NCBI GenBank assembly: GCA_017459965.1
Contig: JAFUBW010000014.1
Span: 75,984 to 139,983, forward strand
Direction of reading: 5' to 3'
Source: Bacilli bacterium
Lineage (GTDB): Bacteria > Bacillota_I > Bacilli_A > RF39 > UBA660
Length of the DNA stretch: 64,000 nt
The notes beneath the pieces were generated by a model. That model had not been told where the DNA came from. It made no database searches and was given only the letters and a program-made list of their open reading frames with translations. This document shows, one piece after another, positions 10,552-19,547 of this stretch. The position numbers and the translations under genes were made by a program. Each line of letters begins with the position of its first letter. Position 1 is the stretch's first letter.

Positions 10552-10589
10552 TTATTTTTTTGACGAATATATATATTGGAGGGATAAAA

Positions 10590-12608
10590 ATGAGACACAA
10601 AAAATATGTTCTTCAAGAAAATGTTAAAGATTGTGCGGTTGCATGTGTCTATAATATTATTAGATATCATAATGGTAATATTAATATGGACAAGCTTGCA
10701 AAACTTCTTAACACTAATAAAGAAGGTACTAGTGTATATGATATTGTAAAAGTATCAAATGATTTAGGATTAAAATCTATTGCATACGAGTGTGAATTAA
10801 ACGATTTATGTAATTTAAGTTTTCCTGTAATCGCACATATTAAAGTTGATAGTAAGTATGATCATTTTATTATAATCGATAAAATTATTGATGATGAAAT
10901 AATTATTTTTGATCCAATTCGAGGTTATATAAAATATGAAATGGAACAATTTCAAAATGAATGGACTAATATAATTATTACATTTGAAAAAACAAATAAC
11001 TTAATAAATGAAAAAAATAATAATTTTATTTCAAAAATTTTAGTTCATATTATTAAAAACTCCTTTTATATCATGTTTGTTTTTATATTTTCAATATATT
11101 CTTCATTCTTATCAATTTTACATTCTTTATATTTAAGTTATTTGTATAATCAAAAAAAACTAACATATTTTGTTTTTATAATATTTTTCTTTATCTGTCT
11201 TTCTAAATTGATTGTTGATTATATTCGAAATAATAAAATACTCAATTATACTAAAAACTTTGACTTTGACATTACTAAAAAAACATATAGTAAAATTTTA
11301 TCACTCCCTCTTATGTATCACCATACAAGGCCAGTAGGTGATATAATTTCTAGAATAAATGATTTATCTAGTATTAAAGAGTTTATGAATAATATTAGTT
11401 TTTCTTTTATAATTGATTTCACTTATATTTTGATGATAAGTATTATATTATTTATTATTAATAAATCATTATTCTTATTATTAGTTATTATGTCCGTTAT
11501 ATATATTTTTATTTATCTATTATATAGAAAAAATATAAAAAATAACTCTTTGATTGTAAAGGAAAATGCATCTGAAACAAGCACATATTTAGTTGAATCA
11601 ATTTTAGGTATTGATACAATAAAGAATACAAATATTGAAGAAAAAAGATATAATTATCTAAAAGATAAATATAAAAATTTTTTAAATAATAATTTTAAAT
11701 TAAATAAAATAATTATTAATTTGAATCTTATTCAAGAATTTGTTTGTAATATAAGTATTATTTTAATTATATTTGTTAGTATTTTATTATATAAACAAAA
11801 GGTTATCTCGTTTTCATATATAATTGCATTTAACACACTAGTATTTTACTATTTTATATCAATTAAAAACATCATATCACTTGACAATATTTTAATTGAA
11901 GCAAAAAATTCATATAAAAGATTATCACAACTTTATAATGAAGAAGAAGAAAAAAAACAATTAATACAAATAAAAAATATTAATACTATTAATTTTAAAA
12001 ATTTATCATATTCATATAATAATGTTAATAATATATTAAATAATATAAATATCACAATAAATAAAAATGATTCAATCTTTATAAAAGGAAAAAGCGGATC
12101 AGGTAAATCTACTATTTTTAGATTATTAACCAAACAATTAAAAGTAGATGATGACATAATAAAAATTAATAATATAGATATAAATAATATTAGTAAAAAA
12201 GATATAGTAGATAATATATGTTATGTATCACAAAATGAATATATATTTACTGATACGATCTTAAATAATATTAAATTATATAAAGAGGCAAAAAAGGACG
12301 AAGTTGATAAAGTTATAAGGATAGCTAATATTGATAAAATTCTAAAGAAAAGAAATATAACACTTGATTTTCTATTAGAAGAAAATGGTCATAATCTTTC
12401 TGGAGGAGAAAGACAAAGAATTATACTTGCAAGAAGTTTACTTCAAAATAAACAAGTACTTATTCTTGATGAGACAATGAATGAATTAGATGTTCAAAGT
12501 GAAAGAGAAATAATTAAAAATATTATAAAAGAATACAATATTACATTAATATTAATTTCACATAGAGATAATAATTCAAAGTTGTTTAAAAAAATAATAA
12601 AAATATAG
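10590..12608 (+). CDS. Bacteriocin/peptide ABC exporter with N-terminal C39 peptidase domain
   Basis: C39 motifs QENVKDCAVAC (Cys) and DHFIIIDK..IIIFDP (His/Asp region), six-TM domain, Walker A GKSGSGKST, LSGGERQR and LILDE. Start set at the ATG after GGAGGG. Confidence 0.85.
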   Translation: MRHKKYVLQENVKDCAVACVYNIIRYHNGNINMDKLAKLLNTNKEGTSVYDIVKVSNDLGLKSIAYECELNDLCNLSFPVIAHIKVDSKYDHFIIIDKIIDDEIIIFDPIRGYIKYEMEQFQNEWTNIIITFEKTNNLINEKNNNFISKILVHIIKNSFYIMFVFIFSIYSSFLSILHSLYLSYLYNQKKLTYFVFIIFFFICLSKLIVDYIRNNKILNYTKNFDFDITKKTYSKILSLPLMYHHTRPVGDIISRINDLSSIKEFMNNISFSFIIDFTYILMISIILFIINKSLFLLLVIMSVIYIFIYLLYRKNIKNNSLIVKENASETSTYLVESILGIDTIKNTNIEEKRYNYLKDKYKNFLNNNFKLNKIIINLNLIQEFVCNISIILIIFVSILLYKQKVISFSYIIAFNTLVFYYFISIKNIISLDNILIEAKNSYKRLSQLYNEEEEKKQLIQIKNINTINFKNLSYSYNNVNNILNNINITINKNDSIFIKGKSGSGKSTIFRLLTKQLKVDDDIIKINNIDINNISKKDIVDNICYVSQNEYIFTDTILNNIKLYKEAKKDEVDKVIRIANIDKILKKRNITLDFLLEENGHNLSGGERQRIILARSLLQNKQVLILDETMNELDVQSEREIIKNIIKEYNITLILISHRDNNSKLFKKIIKI

Positions 12609-12617
12609 GAGGTAAAA

Positions 12618-12773
12618 ATGAAACAATTAGATGAAAAACAAATGAAACAAATTTCAGCAGGTAGTTTATCAGCCGCTGCTATATGGGCAATGGTAGCCGC
12701 CGGGTTATCCTTTCTAGGAGGTATATTAGACGGCGTCAGGGCTCTCTGGGGGAAAAGCCAAAACTACCTGTAA
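12618..12773 (+). CDS. Double-glycine-type leader peptide / class II bacteriocin-like precursor (51 aa); not in the ORF track
   Basis: AGGAGG at 12607-12612, then MKQLDEKQMKQISAG|SLSAAAIWAMVAAGLSFLGGILDGVRALWGKSQNYL. Leader resembles the LSxxELxxIxGG type. Sits immediately 3' of the C39-ABC gene. Confidence 0.7.
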   Translation: MKQLDEKQMKQISAGSLSAAAIWAMVAAGLSFLGGILDGVRALWGKSQNYL

Positions 12774-12953
12774 TAACAAAGAAGTTTAACAGAAGTACCT
12801 ATAATACTGAATTAAATCATCGATGTTATTATATCCATAAATCAGTAACATTAAAAGCAACTTTTGAAGTTCAATAATTATATAATATCTCTCATAGCTA
12901 ATTATTTCTTTGATAAAACACTTCCTTATGATGAATTGGAGGTGAAATTCAAT

Positions 12954-13820
12954 GTGGAAAATAAAAACATAATCGATGATAATGTTATAAGTATTAAATT
13001 AAAAAAATTAGAAAATTTTAAAAATCATCCTTTTAAGCTTATAGAAGATAATCCTGATATGGAGGAATTATTATCTAGTATAAAAGATAATGGAGTAATA
13101 GAACCAATTATAGTAAGACCTACAAAAGAGGGTAAATATGAAATAATATCTGGGCATAGAAGAAAAAAAGCATGTGAATTACTAGGTATTAAAGAAATAA
13201 AATGTATTGTTAAAGATTTTACTGATGATGAAGCTATTATTAATATGGTAGATAGTAATCTTAAAAGAGAAAAATTATTACCAAGTGAAAAGGCTTTTGC
13301 TTATAAAATGAAAAGAGAAGCAATATTACATCAAGGTAAAAAAACAAGTCGACAAAATGTCGACAAGTTAAAAACAGCAGATATAATAGGAAAAAATAAT
13401 AATGAGAGCGGAAGAACTGTACAAAGATATATTAGATTAACGGAATTAATTCCTCAAATACTAAAATTAGTAGATGATGAAAAGATTGGTTTAAGACCTG
13501 CTGTTGAAATATCATATTTAACAAAAGAGGAACAAAATATGCTATACTTATGTATAGAAGAATATAATTGTACTCCGTCACATGATCAAACAATTAGGAT
13601 GAAAAATCTTAGTAAAAAAGAATTACTAGATAAAAATTCAATTGAAGAAATAATGAATGAATTAAAGCCAAATCAAAAAGAATATATAAAACTTGATAGT
13701 CAAAAATTTAGAAAAATAATACCAAGAAATGTTACTCCTTTAAATAGAGAGGAGTATATTTATAAGGCAATAGATTTTTATAATAGATATTTACAAAAGT
13801 TAAAAGAGAAACAAAGATAA
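12954..13820 (+). CDS. ParB-like N-terminal domain nuclease/partition-family protein
   Basis: HPFKL...IEPIIVRP...YEIISGHRRKKACELLG (GxxRxxA box). Start set at the GTG after GGAGGTGA (track start 12864). Confidence 0.7.
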   Translation: MENKNIIDDNVISIKLKKLENFKNHPFKLIEDNPDMEELLSSIKDNGVIEPIIVRPTKEGKYEIISGHRRKKACELLGIKEIKCIVKDFTDDEAIINMVDSNLKREKLLPSEKAFAYKMKREAILHQGKKTSRQNVDKLKTADIIGKNNNESGRTVQRYIRLTELIPQILKLVDDEKIGLRPAVEISYLTKEEQNMLYLCIEEYNCTPSHDQTIRMKNLSKKELLDKNSIEEIMNELKPNQKEYIKLDSQKFRKIIPRNVTPLNREEYIYKAIDFYNRYLQKLKEKQR

Positions 13821-13944
13821 GAGGAGTAATCTTTACGCAAAAATCCCCTTTTATAAATACCCCTAATATATACTAACTATTATTACTATCTGAAAAGTAT
13901 AGTATAACTAGTATATAATATATATAAGTAATAAGGAGTAAAAA

Positions 13945-14124
13945 ATGAATAAAAAAACACTAGATGAAATAATGATTGAGTATAGAATAACATTAAATCA
14001 AAAATTGTATGAAGAAAAAGTAATAGATTATGAAGTGTTTCGAAAGATGGAAGATTTTCTAATTAAAAAGTTATATAAATTAAAACAAGAAAATCGCACA
14101 TTTGTAATTAATAAAACATTATGA
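13945..14124 (+). CDS. Small hypothetical protein (59 aa), below the ORF-track cutoff
   Basis: ATG preceded by TAAGGAG. MNKKTLDEIMIEYRITLNQKLYEEKVIDYEVFRKMEDFLIKKLYKLKQENRTFVINKTL*. Confidence 0.45.
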   Translation: MNKKTLDEIMIEYRITLNQKLYEEKVIDYEVFRKMEDFLIKKLYKLKQENRTFVINKTL

Positions 14125-14152
14125 TAAATTATCGCAAAAGAGGTGATAGTTT

Positions 14153-14728
14153 ATGAAAAAAATAATTTCAATTATATTTTTACTTGTTTTAGGAACTTTT
14201 ATTTATTCTGGAGTTCAATTAAGTAAAGCATTTACATCAGAAATTCCTGAAGTAGATGAAAATTTACAAATAGTTAAACAGAAGAAAAAAGAAAATATAA
14301 AGAATGAAATAAAGACAGAAACTAAAGAAAAGCAATCACAAAAGAATGAAGAAAAAAAAGTACAATCAACGGATACAAAAAATAATACACAAAATACAAA
14401 GACAAATAATACAAAAACAGAAACAAAACAAAATATAAAAGTAGAAAGTCCAAAAGAAGAAGTAAGACAAGAAAGTGTACAATCTCAACCTGTAGGGCAA
14501 ACACAACAAGTTCAACCTCAAGTAGAACAACCAGCACCACAACCTGTGGAGCAACCAGTTCAAAGTTCACCAAGATATGAAACATACCCAGGAAATTATA
14601 CATCATGGGATGAATGTAAAAGTGAATCAATAAATGTAGCATTTGAAACAGATGCAAGAACAATGTGTTATGAAGCTTATACAGATTCAAATGGACAACC
14701 AGTTTATAAGATACAAATAATTTATTAA
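14153..14728 (+). CDS. Membrane-anchored/secreted low-complexity protein
   Basis: N-terminal hydrophobic segment, K/T/N/Q-rich and PQ-rich linker, Cys-containing C-terminal domain. Confidence 0.6.
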   Translation: MKKIISIIFLLVLGTFIYSGVQLSKAFTSEIPEVDENLQIVKQKKKENIKNEIKTETKEKQSQKNEEKKVQSTDTKNNTQNTKTNNTKTETKQNIKVESPKEEVRQESVQSQPVGQTQQVQPQVEQPAPQPVEQPVQSSPRYETYPGNYTSWDECKSESINVAFETDARTMCYEAYTDSNGQPVYKIQIIY

Positions 14729-14782
14729 GCAACCAATCAAGGTTGTTTTTTTATGTTTTAAAATAGAAGGAGGAAAAGATAA

Positions 14783-17203
14783 ATGAAAAAAATAATAAGA
14801 AGAATATTTCTATTGTTAATTGCACTAGTTGGAATATTTACACAAACAAATTCAGTAAGTGCAGCAACATTAGATATGAGATATCAAGATAATGTGTATT
14901 ATGTGCATGTAGATGCTGATGGACAACATTATTCATCATTTAAACTTGCAATGTATTATGTGGATGGAAAATTAGCATACTGTGTAGAACCAGGAGCTAT
15001 GATTTATTCAACACAATACTCAATTGGTGATTGGAATGTAACATCATTAAGTCCAGCACAAAGACTTAGAATAGAACAAATAGGATATTTTGGATACGAA
15101 TATCCAGGACATCAAAATGTAAGGTATTATATGGCAGCACAAGAATTAATATGGCAAGCAGTAAGACCAATAAGTGCTTCATGGCATACAGAAGCAAAAG
15201 GTGGAGGAGCAACAATTAATATTGATGCTGAAAAAAATGAAATAGAAAGATTAATAAGAGTTAATAATACAAAACCATCATTTCATAATGAAACAATAAA
15301 TGCGGTAATTGGTGATGAAGTAATATTAACTGATACAAATAATGTTTTAAGTAATTATTCAATTTATGATAGAGCAGATGAAGATGTAACTGTAAATGGA
15401 AATCAATTAAAAATAAAAGTAACAAATACAGGAGATAAACAAATTAGATTTATCATAAATAATTACGATAATGATGTTAATTTAGTTTATTATAATAGCA
15501 ATTCTCAAAAAATGGCTCATACAAGATTAAGTGATCCATTAACTTCAGTTTTAAAATTACACGCAACTGCAGGTAATGTAACTATAAATAAACAAGATAA
15601 GGATACTAAAAAATCAGAACCTCAAGGAGAAGCAACTTTAAATGGAGCTATATATGATATATTTAATTCAAATGATGAATTAGTAACAACAATAACTACA
15701 AATGAAGAAGGAAAAGTAACAAGTGGTAATTTACCTCATTTAGGACATTACTACTTAAAAGAAAGAACACCATCTGTAGGTTATACACTAGATGAAACAA
15801 AATATGAATTTGATATGACTATGGATAATTTATATCCAACAATTAAAGTATATGAAAAAGTAATAGAAAGAGAATTTGATTTTACAAAAGTATATGCAAA
15901 TAATAAAACAGGAATTATGAAACCAGAAGTTGGAATTAAGTTTGGATTTTATAATAATAAAAATGAACTAGTAAAAGAAATCAAAACAAATGATGATGGA
16001 TTCTTAAAAGTAGTTTTACCATATGGAACATATACAGTAAAACAATTAACTACTACTAAAAATCATGAATATATAGAAGACTTTACTGTTGAAGTAAGAG
16101 AAGTTGGAGAACCAATTGTTAAAGTACTTGCAAATGCAGAAATAACTGCAAAATTACATGTTATCAAAATAGATAGTGAAACAGGAAAAGTAATTAAAAG
16201 AGCAGGTATTAAATTCAAAATCTATAATGTAGATAAAGAAGAATATGTATGTCAAAATGTAACATATCCAAAGAAAGAAAAAATATGTACATTTGAAACA
16301 GATGAAAATGGTGAATTTGTAACACCAGAAATTCTTCATAGTGGAAAATATAAACTTGAAGAATTAGATCAAAAGATTGAAGGTTATTTATGGAATAGTG
16401 AAAGTCATGAATTTGAAATTGGAGAAAATTCAGAACTTATAAACGATAATGAATATGGAATCTTATTTGATGTGAAATTTGGAAATGATAGAGTAAAAGG
16501 AAAAATAACAATTAATAAAGTAGGAGAAGTTGTAAATTTAACAGATAAAGGATATGAATATACAACAGAAGTACTTGAAGGAATTAAGTTTGGACTTTAT
16601 ACAAAAGATGGTGAAAAAGTAATGGAAGGATTAACAGATGAAAATGGAATCTTAACATTTGAAAATATAGATCTTGGAGAATATTATGTTAAAGAATTAT
16701 CTACACTTGATGGATATATTTTAGATACAGAAAAACATAATATTAATTTAAAATATAAAGATCAATATACACCAGTAATTGAATATCAAACATATTTAAC
16801 AAATAGACTTCCAAAAGGAACATTAGAATTTTCTAAAACAGACTTTTCTACTGATGCACCACTTCCAAATACAAAGATAGAAATATATAATGAAAAAGAT
16901 GAATTAATCTTTACAGGTGTAACAGATGAAAATGGGAAAATAGTAATAGATAAACTTCCAATAGGGAAATACTATATACTAGAAAAAGAAGCACCAGAAG
17001 GATATACATTAAATGAAGAAAAAATGTATTTTGAAATAACAGAAGATGGACAAGTAGTAAAAGCTACAATGAAAGATGAAAGAATAGTAGAAGTTCCAAA
17101 TACAGAAAGTATTAAAGATTATAAAGTAGAAATATTATTATTTACAATTTGTTGTTTAGGTATATTAGTAGTATTATTTGCATTTAAAAATGACAAAAAA
17201 TAA
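14783..17203 (+). CDS. Surface adhesin: N-terminal thioester (TQXA-type) domain plus multiple Cna-B/SpaA-like repeats and a sorting-signal-like C-terminus
   Basis: Signal peptide. LAYCVEPG (thioester Cys) and AAQELIWQA (TQxxIW-like Gln). Repeated G.Y.L.E...P.GY modules. C-terminus VPNTES, then TM, then KNDKK. Confidence 0.75.
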   Translation: MKKIIRRIFLLLIALVGIFTQTNSVSAATLDMRYQDNVYYVHVDADGQHYSSFKLAMYYVDGKLAYCVEPGAMIYSTQYSIGDWNVTSLSPAQRLRIEQIGYFGYEYPGHQNVRYYMAAQELIWQAVRPISASWHTEAKGGGATINIDAEKNEIERLIRVNNTKPSFHNETINAVIGDEVILTDTNNVLSNYSIYDRADEDVTVNGNQLKIKVTNTGDKQIRFIINNYDNDVNLVYYNSNSQKMAHTRLSDPLTSVLKLHATAGNVTINKQDKDTKKSEPQGEATLNGAIYDIFNSNDELVTTITTNEEGKVTSGNLPHLGHYYLKERTPSVGYTLDETKYEFDMTMDNLYPTIKVYEKVIEREFDFTKVYANNKTGIMKPEVGIKFGFYNNKNELVKEIKTNDDGFLKVVLPYGTYTVKQLTTTKNHEYIEDFTVEVREVGEPIVKVLANAEITAKLHVIKIDSETGKVIKRAGIKFKIYNVDKEEYVCQNVTYPKKEKICTFETDENGEFVTPEILHSGKYKLEELDQKIEGYLWNSESHEFEIGENSELINDNEYGILFDVKFGNDRVKGKITINKVGEVVNLTDKGYEYTTEVLEGIKFGLYTKDGEKVMEGLTDENGILTFENIDLGEYYVKELSTLDGYILDTEKHNINLKYKDQYTPVIEYQTYLTNRLPKGTLEFSKTDFSTDAPLPNTKIEIYNEKDELIFTGVTDENGKIVIDKLPIGKYYILEKEAPEGYTLNEEKMYFEITEDGQVVKATMKDERIVEVPNTESIKDYKVEILLFTICCLGILVVLFAFKNDKK

Positions 17204-17792
17204 AATACTAAAATTATTAATAGGTATAACATTAATAATAGGAAGTATTACTACATTTTATTTTAAATATCTAAACGAAAACAAAGTAAATCAAAAAGAA
17301 GAACAAGAAGTTCGAAATTACATAAGAAAAATTAATGAAGAAACAATTAAAGAAAATGAATCTAAAGAAGAAAATAATTCTTATGAAAATATAAATTATA
17401 TAGGTGTATTAGAAATACCAAAGTTAGGTTTAAGAAGAGGATTAGTGGATGTAAATAGTAGATATAATAATGTACGATATAATGTACAAATATTAAAAGA
17501 ATCAACTATGCCAGATGTAGAAAAAGGAAACTTAATATTAGCTGCTCATTCAGGTAATACAAGAGTTTCCTTTTTTAATACTCTAAAAAATCTATCAATA
17601 GATGATAAAGTAAATATTTATTATGATAATAAAAAATATACATATAAAATGGTTAAAAGTTATGAAATAGAAAAAACAGGCTATGCAAATATAGTAAGAG
17701 ATAAATCAAAAACAACATTAACATTAATAACATGTAAGACAGGAACAAATTATCAACTTGTAATTATATGTGAATTAATAGAAAGTGAGTAA
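17190..17792 (+). CDS. Sortase-family transpeptidase
   Basis: N-terminal TM, LILAAHSG (His) and TLTLITCKTG (Cys). Overlaps the adhesin 3' end. Confidence 0.8.
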   Translation: MTKNKILKLLIGITLIIGSITTFYFKYLNENKVNQKEEQEVRNYIRKINEETIKENESKEENNSYENINYIGVLEIPKLGLRRGLVDVNSRYNNVRYNVQILKESTMPDVEKGNLILAAHSGNTRVSFFNTLKNLSIDDKVNIYYDNKKYTYKMVKSYEIEKTGYANIVRDKSKTTLTLITCKTGTNYQLVIICELIESE

Positions 17793-17795
17793 GAT

Positions 17796-18011
17796 ATGAA
17801 TAAAAGATTAAATATTATATTCAAAGTATTATCTAAATTATTTAGTAGTGGATATACAGATGAAAAACAAATAATAAAAATGCAGATGAGTGATATATCT
17901 AATATAAAAGGTAGCTTAAGTTCAAGAGAAATAGAAATATTAATTGAACTTCAAGAAGCAATTAAAAATAAAACAATTATAAAATATTTAAGCGATACTA
18001 AAGAAGAATAA
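17796..18011 (+). CDS. Hypothetical small protein (71 aa)
   Basis: Tightly packed after the sortase gene. No motif recognised. Confidence 0.45.
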   Translation: MNKRLNIIFKVLSKLFSSGYTDEKQIIKMQMSDISNIKGSLSSREIEILIELQEAIKNKTIIKYLSDTKEE

Positions 18012-18016
18012 TTCAT

Positions 18017-18045
18017 GGTCAATCAAAAATGATTGATCTTTTTTT
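18017..18045 (+). terminator. Rho-independent terminator
   Basis: GGTCAATCA-aaaa-TGATTGATC stem followed by T7. Confidence 0.6.
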
Positions 18046-18098
18046 ATAGGGTGGTGATTCCATTTAAAAAAAATAAAAATTTAAGGAGAGTGATATAA

Positions 18099-18431
18099 AT
18101 GTTAAATCAAGTAGTTATAGTAGGGAGATTAGTTAGAGATCCTGAAGTTAGAGAAACTGAAGAAGGAAAGAAAGTTACAAATATTACATTAGCAGTACCA
18201 AGAAGTTATAAAAATATGGATGGAGAATATGATACAGACTTCATCAATTGCACTTTATGGGCTGGGGTTGCAGAATCTACAACAGAATATTGTCATAAAG
18301 GAGATCTTTTAGGAATTAAAGGAAGACTTCAAACAAATAGTTATGAAAAAGATGGCGAAACAAAATATAAAATGGATGTAGTAGCAGACAAAGTAACATT
18401 CTTAACTTCGAAGAGAGAAGAAGAGAGATAA
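18099..18431 (+). CDS. ssb: Single-stranded DNA-binding protein (short, no acidic C-terminal tip)
   Basis: MLNQVVIVGRLVRDPEVRETEEGKKVTNITLAV...FINCTLWAG...GDLLGIKGRLQT is a typical OB-fold SSB. Ends ...SKREEER. Confidence 0.85.
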   Translation: MLNQVVIVGRLVRDPEVRETEEGKKVTNITLAVPRSYKNMDGEYDTDFINCTLWAGVAESTTEYCHKGDLLGIKGRLQTNSYEKDGETKYKMDVVADKVTFLTSKREEER

Positions 18432-18432
18432 T

Positions 18433-18768
18433 ATGAGTGGATATCCAAATAGAGTTCCACCAATTAAATTAATGCTTGATAAAGATTATTATAATAATTT
18501 AATTCAAGTGTTAATTAATAATGAAAAATGTAGTGATGAAATAATAAGGAACGAAGCTACAAAATTAAAAAAGAAATTATTAACTTATAGTGTGCCAAGA
18601 GAAAATGAAGGAATAATAGAAATAGATGCAAGATTTTATAATAATGAAGCATCACAATTATTCTATCAATTCATGTATTTTAATAAAGATTTTATAGATG
18701 TTAAAGATGACTATTTAAATATCTTAAAAGAAACAAGATCAAAAAGATTTAATAAAAAAGATGAATAA
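18433..18768 (+). CDS. Hypothetical protein (111 aa)
   Basis: Start 2 nt after the ssb stop. No motif recognised. Confidence 0.5.
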   Translation: MSGYPNRVPPIKLMLDKDYYNNLIQVLINNEKCSDEIIRNEATKLKKKLLTYSVPRENEGIIEIDARFYNNEASQLFYQFMYFNKDFIDVKDDYLNILKETRSKRFNKKDE

Positions 18769-18945
18769 AATCGCACATTATTAAAAAATAAAATTAAGAT
18801 TTATACTTATCATACAAAGGAGGATTTGTTATGATAGGAGAAGATTTTATTAAAGTTAATGATATACATCAGTTTTATAAATGTCTAATAGAATTTATAG
18901 TTGATGATTATTTATTAAATTAAAAATAATGGGAGGTAAGAAAAA

Positions 18946-19275
18946 ATGGAAGAATTTGATGAATTATTTTTCAAAGACTATTGTGATGAATCTTTAGTTG
19001 AATTTATAGCAGATCAATCAATAATATTAAAAAATAAAGATAATGAGTATAGTAGATTATTAAATGAAAGAAAAAATATAACAGAAAATAATGATAATAT
19101 ACGAAAATTTATAGAAAGTGATGAAATCGTAGATTTAACTAAAGAGGATTTGCAACAGTTATATAACTTTTTAGAATTAACAACAGATATAGAAGAAGAG
19201 TTAGAAAAAGAAATATTTTATATTGGAATGAGAGAGGCATTCTACTTATTTAAAAAATTAGATATGCTTAAATAA
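18946..19275 (+). CDS. Hypothetical protein (109 aa)
   Basis: SD GGGAGG upstream. No motif recognised. Confidence 0.5.
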   Translation: MEEFDELFFKDYCDESLVEFIADQSIILKNKDNEYSRLLNERKNITENNDNIRKFIESDEIVDLTKEDLQQLYNFLELTTDIEEELEKEIFYIGMREAFYLFKKLDMLK

Positions 19276-19282
19276 AATCATT

Positions 19283-19307
19283 AACAACCTATAATGGTTG
19301 TTTTTTT
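19283..19307 (+). terminator. Rho-independent terminator
   Basis: AACAACC-tataat-GGTTGTT followed by a T-run. Confidence 0.6.
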
Positions 19308-19326
19308 ATGAAAAGGAGTGATTGAT

Positions 19327-19542
19327 TTGAAAGAAAAAATATATGAAATAGAAATAGAAGAAACTCTACAAAGAGTAGTAAAAGTAAAAGCATTTAACTT
19401 GAGTGAAGCTATAGATAAAGTAAAAGACAAATATGATAATGAAGAAATAGTACTAGATGCTTCAGATTATATTGATACTAAATTTAATGAATATAATGAT
19501 AATTCTATTATTAAAAAGCAACACTCATATGCAGAAAGATAA
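19327..19542 (+). CDS. DpnD/PcfM-like small protein
   Basis: YEIEIEETLQRVVKVKAFNLSEAIDKVKDKYDNEEIVLDASDYIDT matches my recollection of the PcfM/DpnD family of conjugative elements. TTG start 8 nt after AAGGAG (track start GTG 19318 lies inside the SD). Confidence 0.5.
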   Translation: MKEKIYEIEIEETLQRVVKVKAFNLSEAIDKVKDKYDNEEIVLDASDYIDTKFNEYNDNSIIKKQHSYAER

Positions 19543-19547
19543 AAATT

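Noticed and set aside
12683-12877. 64-aa ORF from the track (MGNGSRRVILSRRYIRRRQ...).
   Set aside because: It is out of frame with, and overlaps, the SD-preceded double-glycine peptide ORF (12618-12773). It has no SD of its own. Its Arg-rich product is what a GC-rich Ala/Gly-coding stretch gives in the wrong frame.
14092-14104. AAATCGCACATT occurs twice (14092 and 18768), each time near the end of a small gene.
   Set aside because: A 12-mer match is expected by chance many times in 64 kb, and there is no extended similarity around either copy.
14322-14732. 136-aa and 65-aa minus-strand ORFs; a similar case lies at 38874-39275.
   Set aside because: They are shadow frames opposite low-complexity K/Q/T-rich or K/A-rich coding sequence on the + strand.
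18831-18923. 30-codon ORF (MIGEDFIKVNDIHQFYKCLIEFIVDDYLLN*) behind a good AAAGGAGG.
   Set aside because: It is not rejected outright, but it is too short and featureless to report as a gene. It could be a real micro-ORF of the ICE. Comparative or ribosome-profiling data would be needed.
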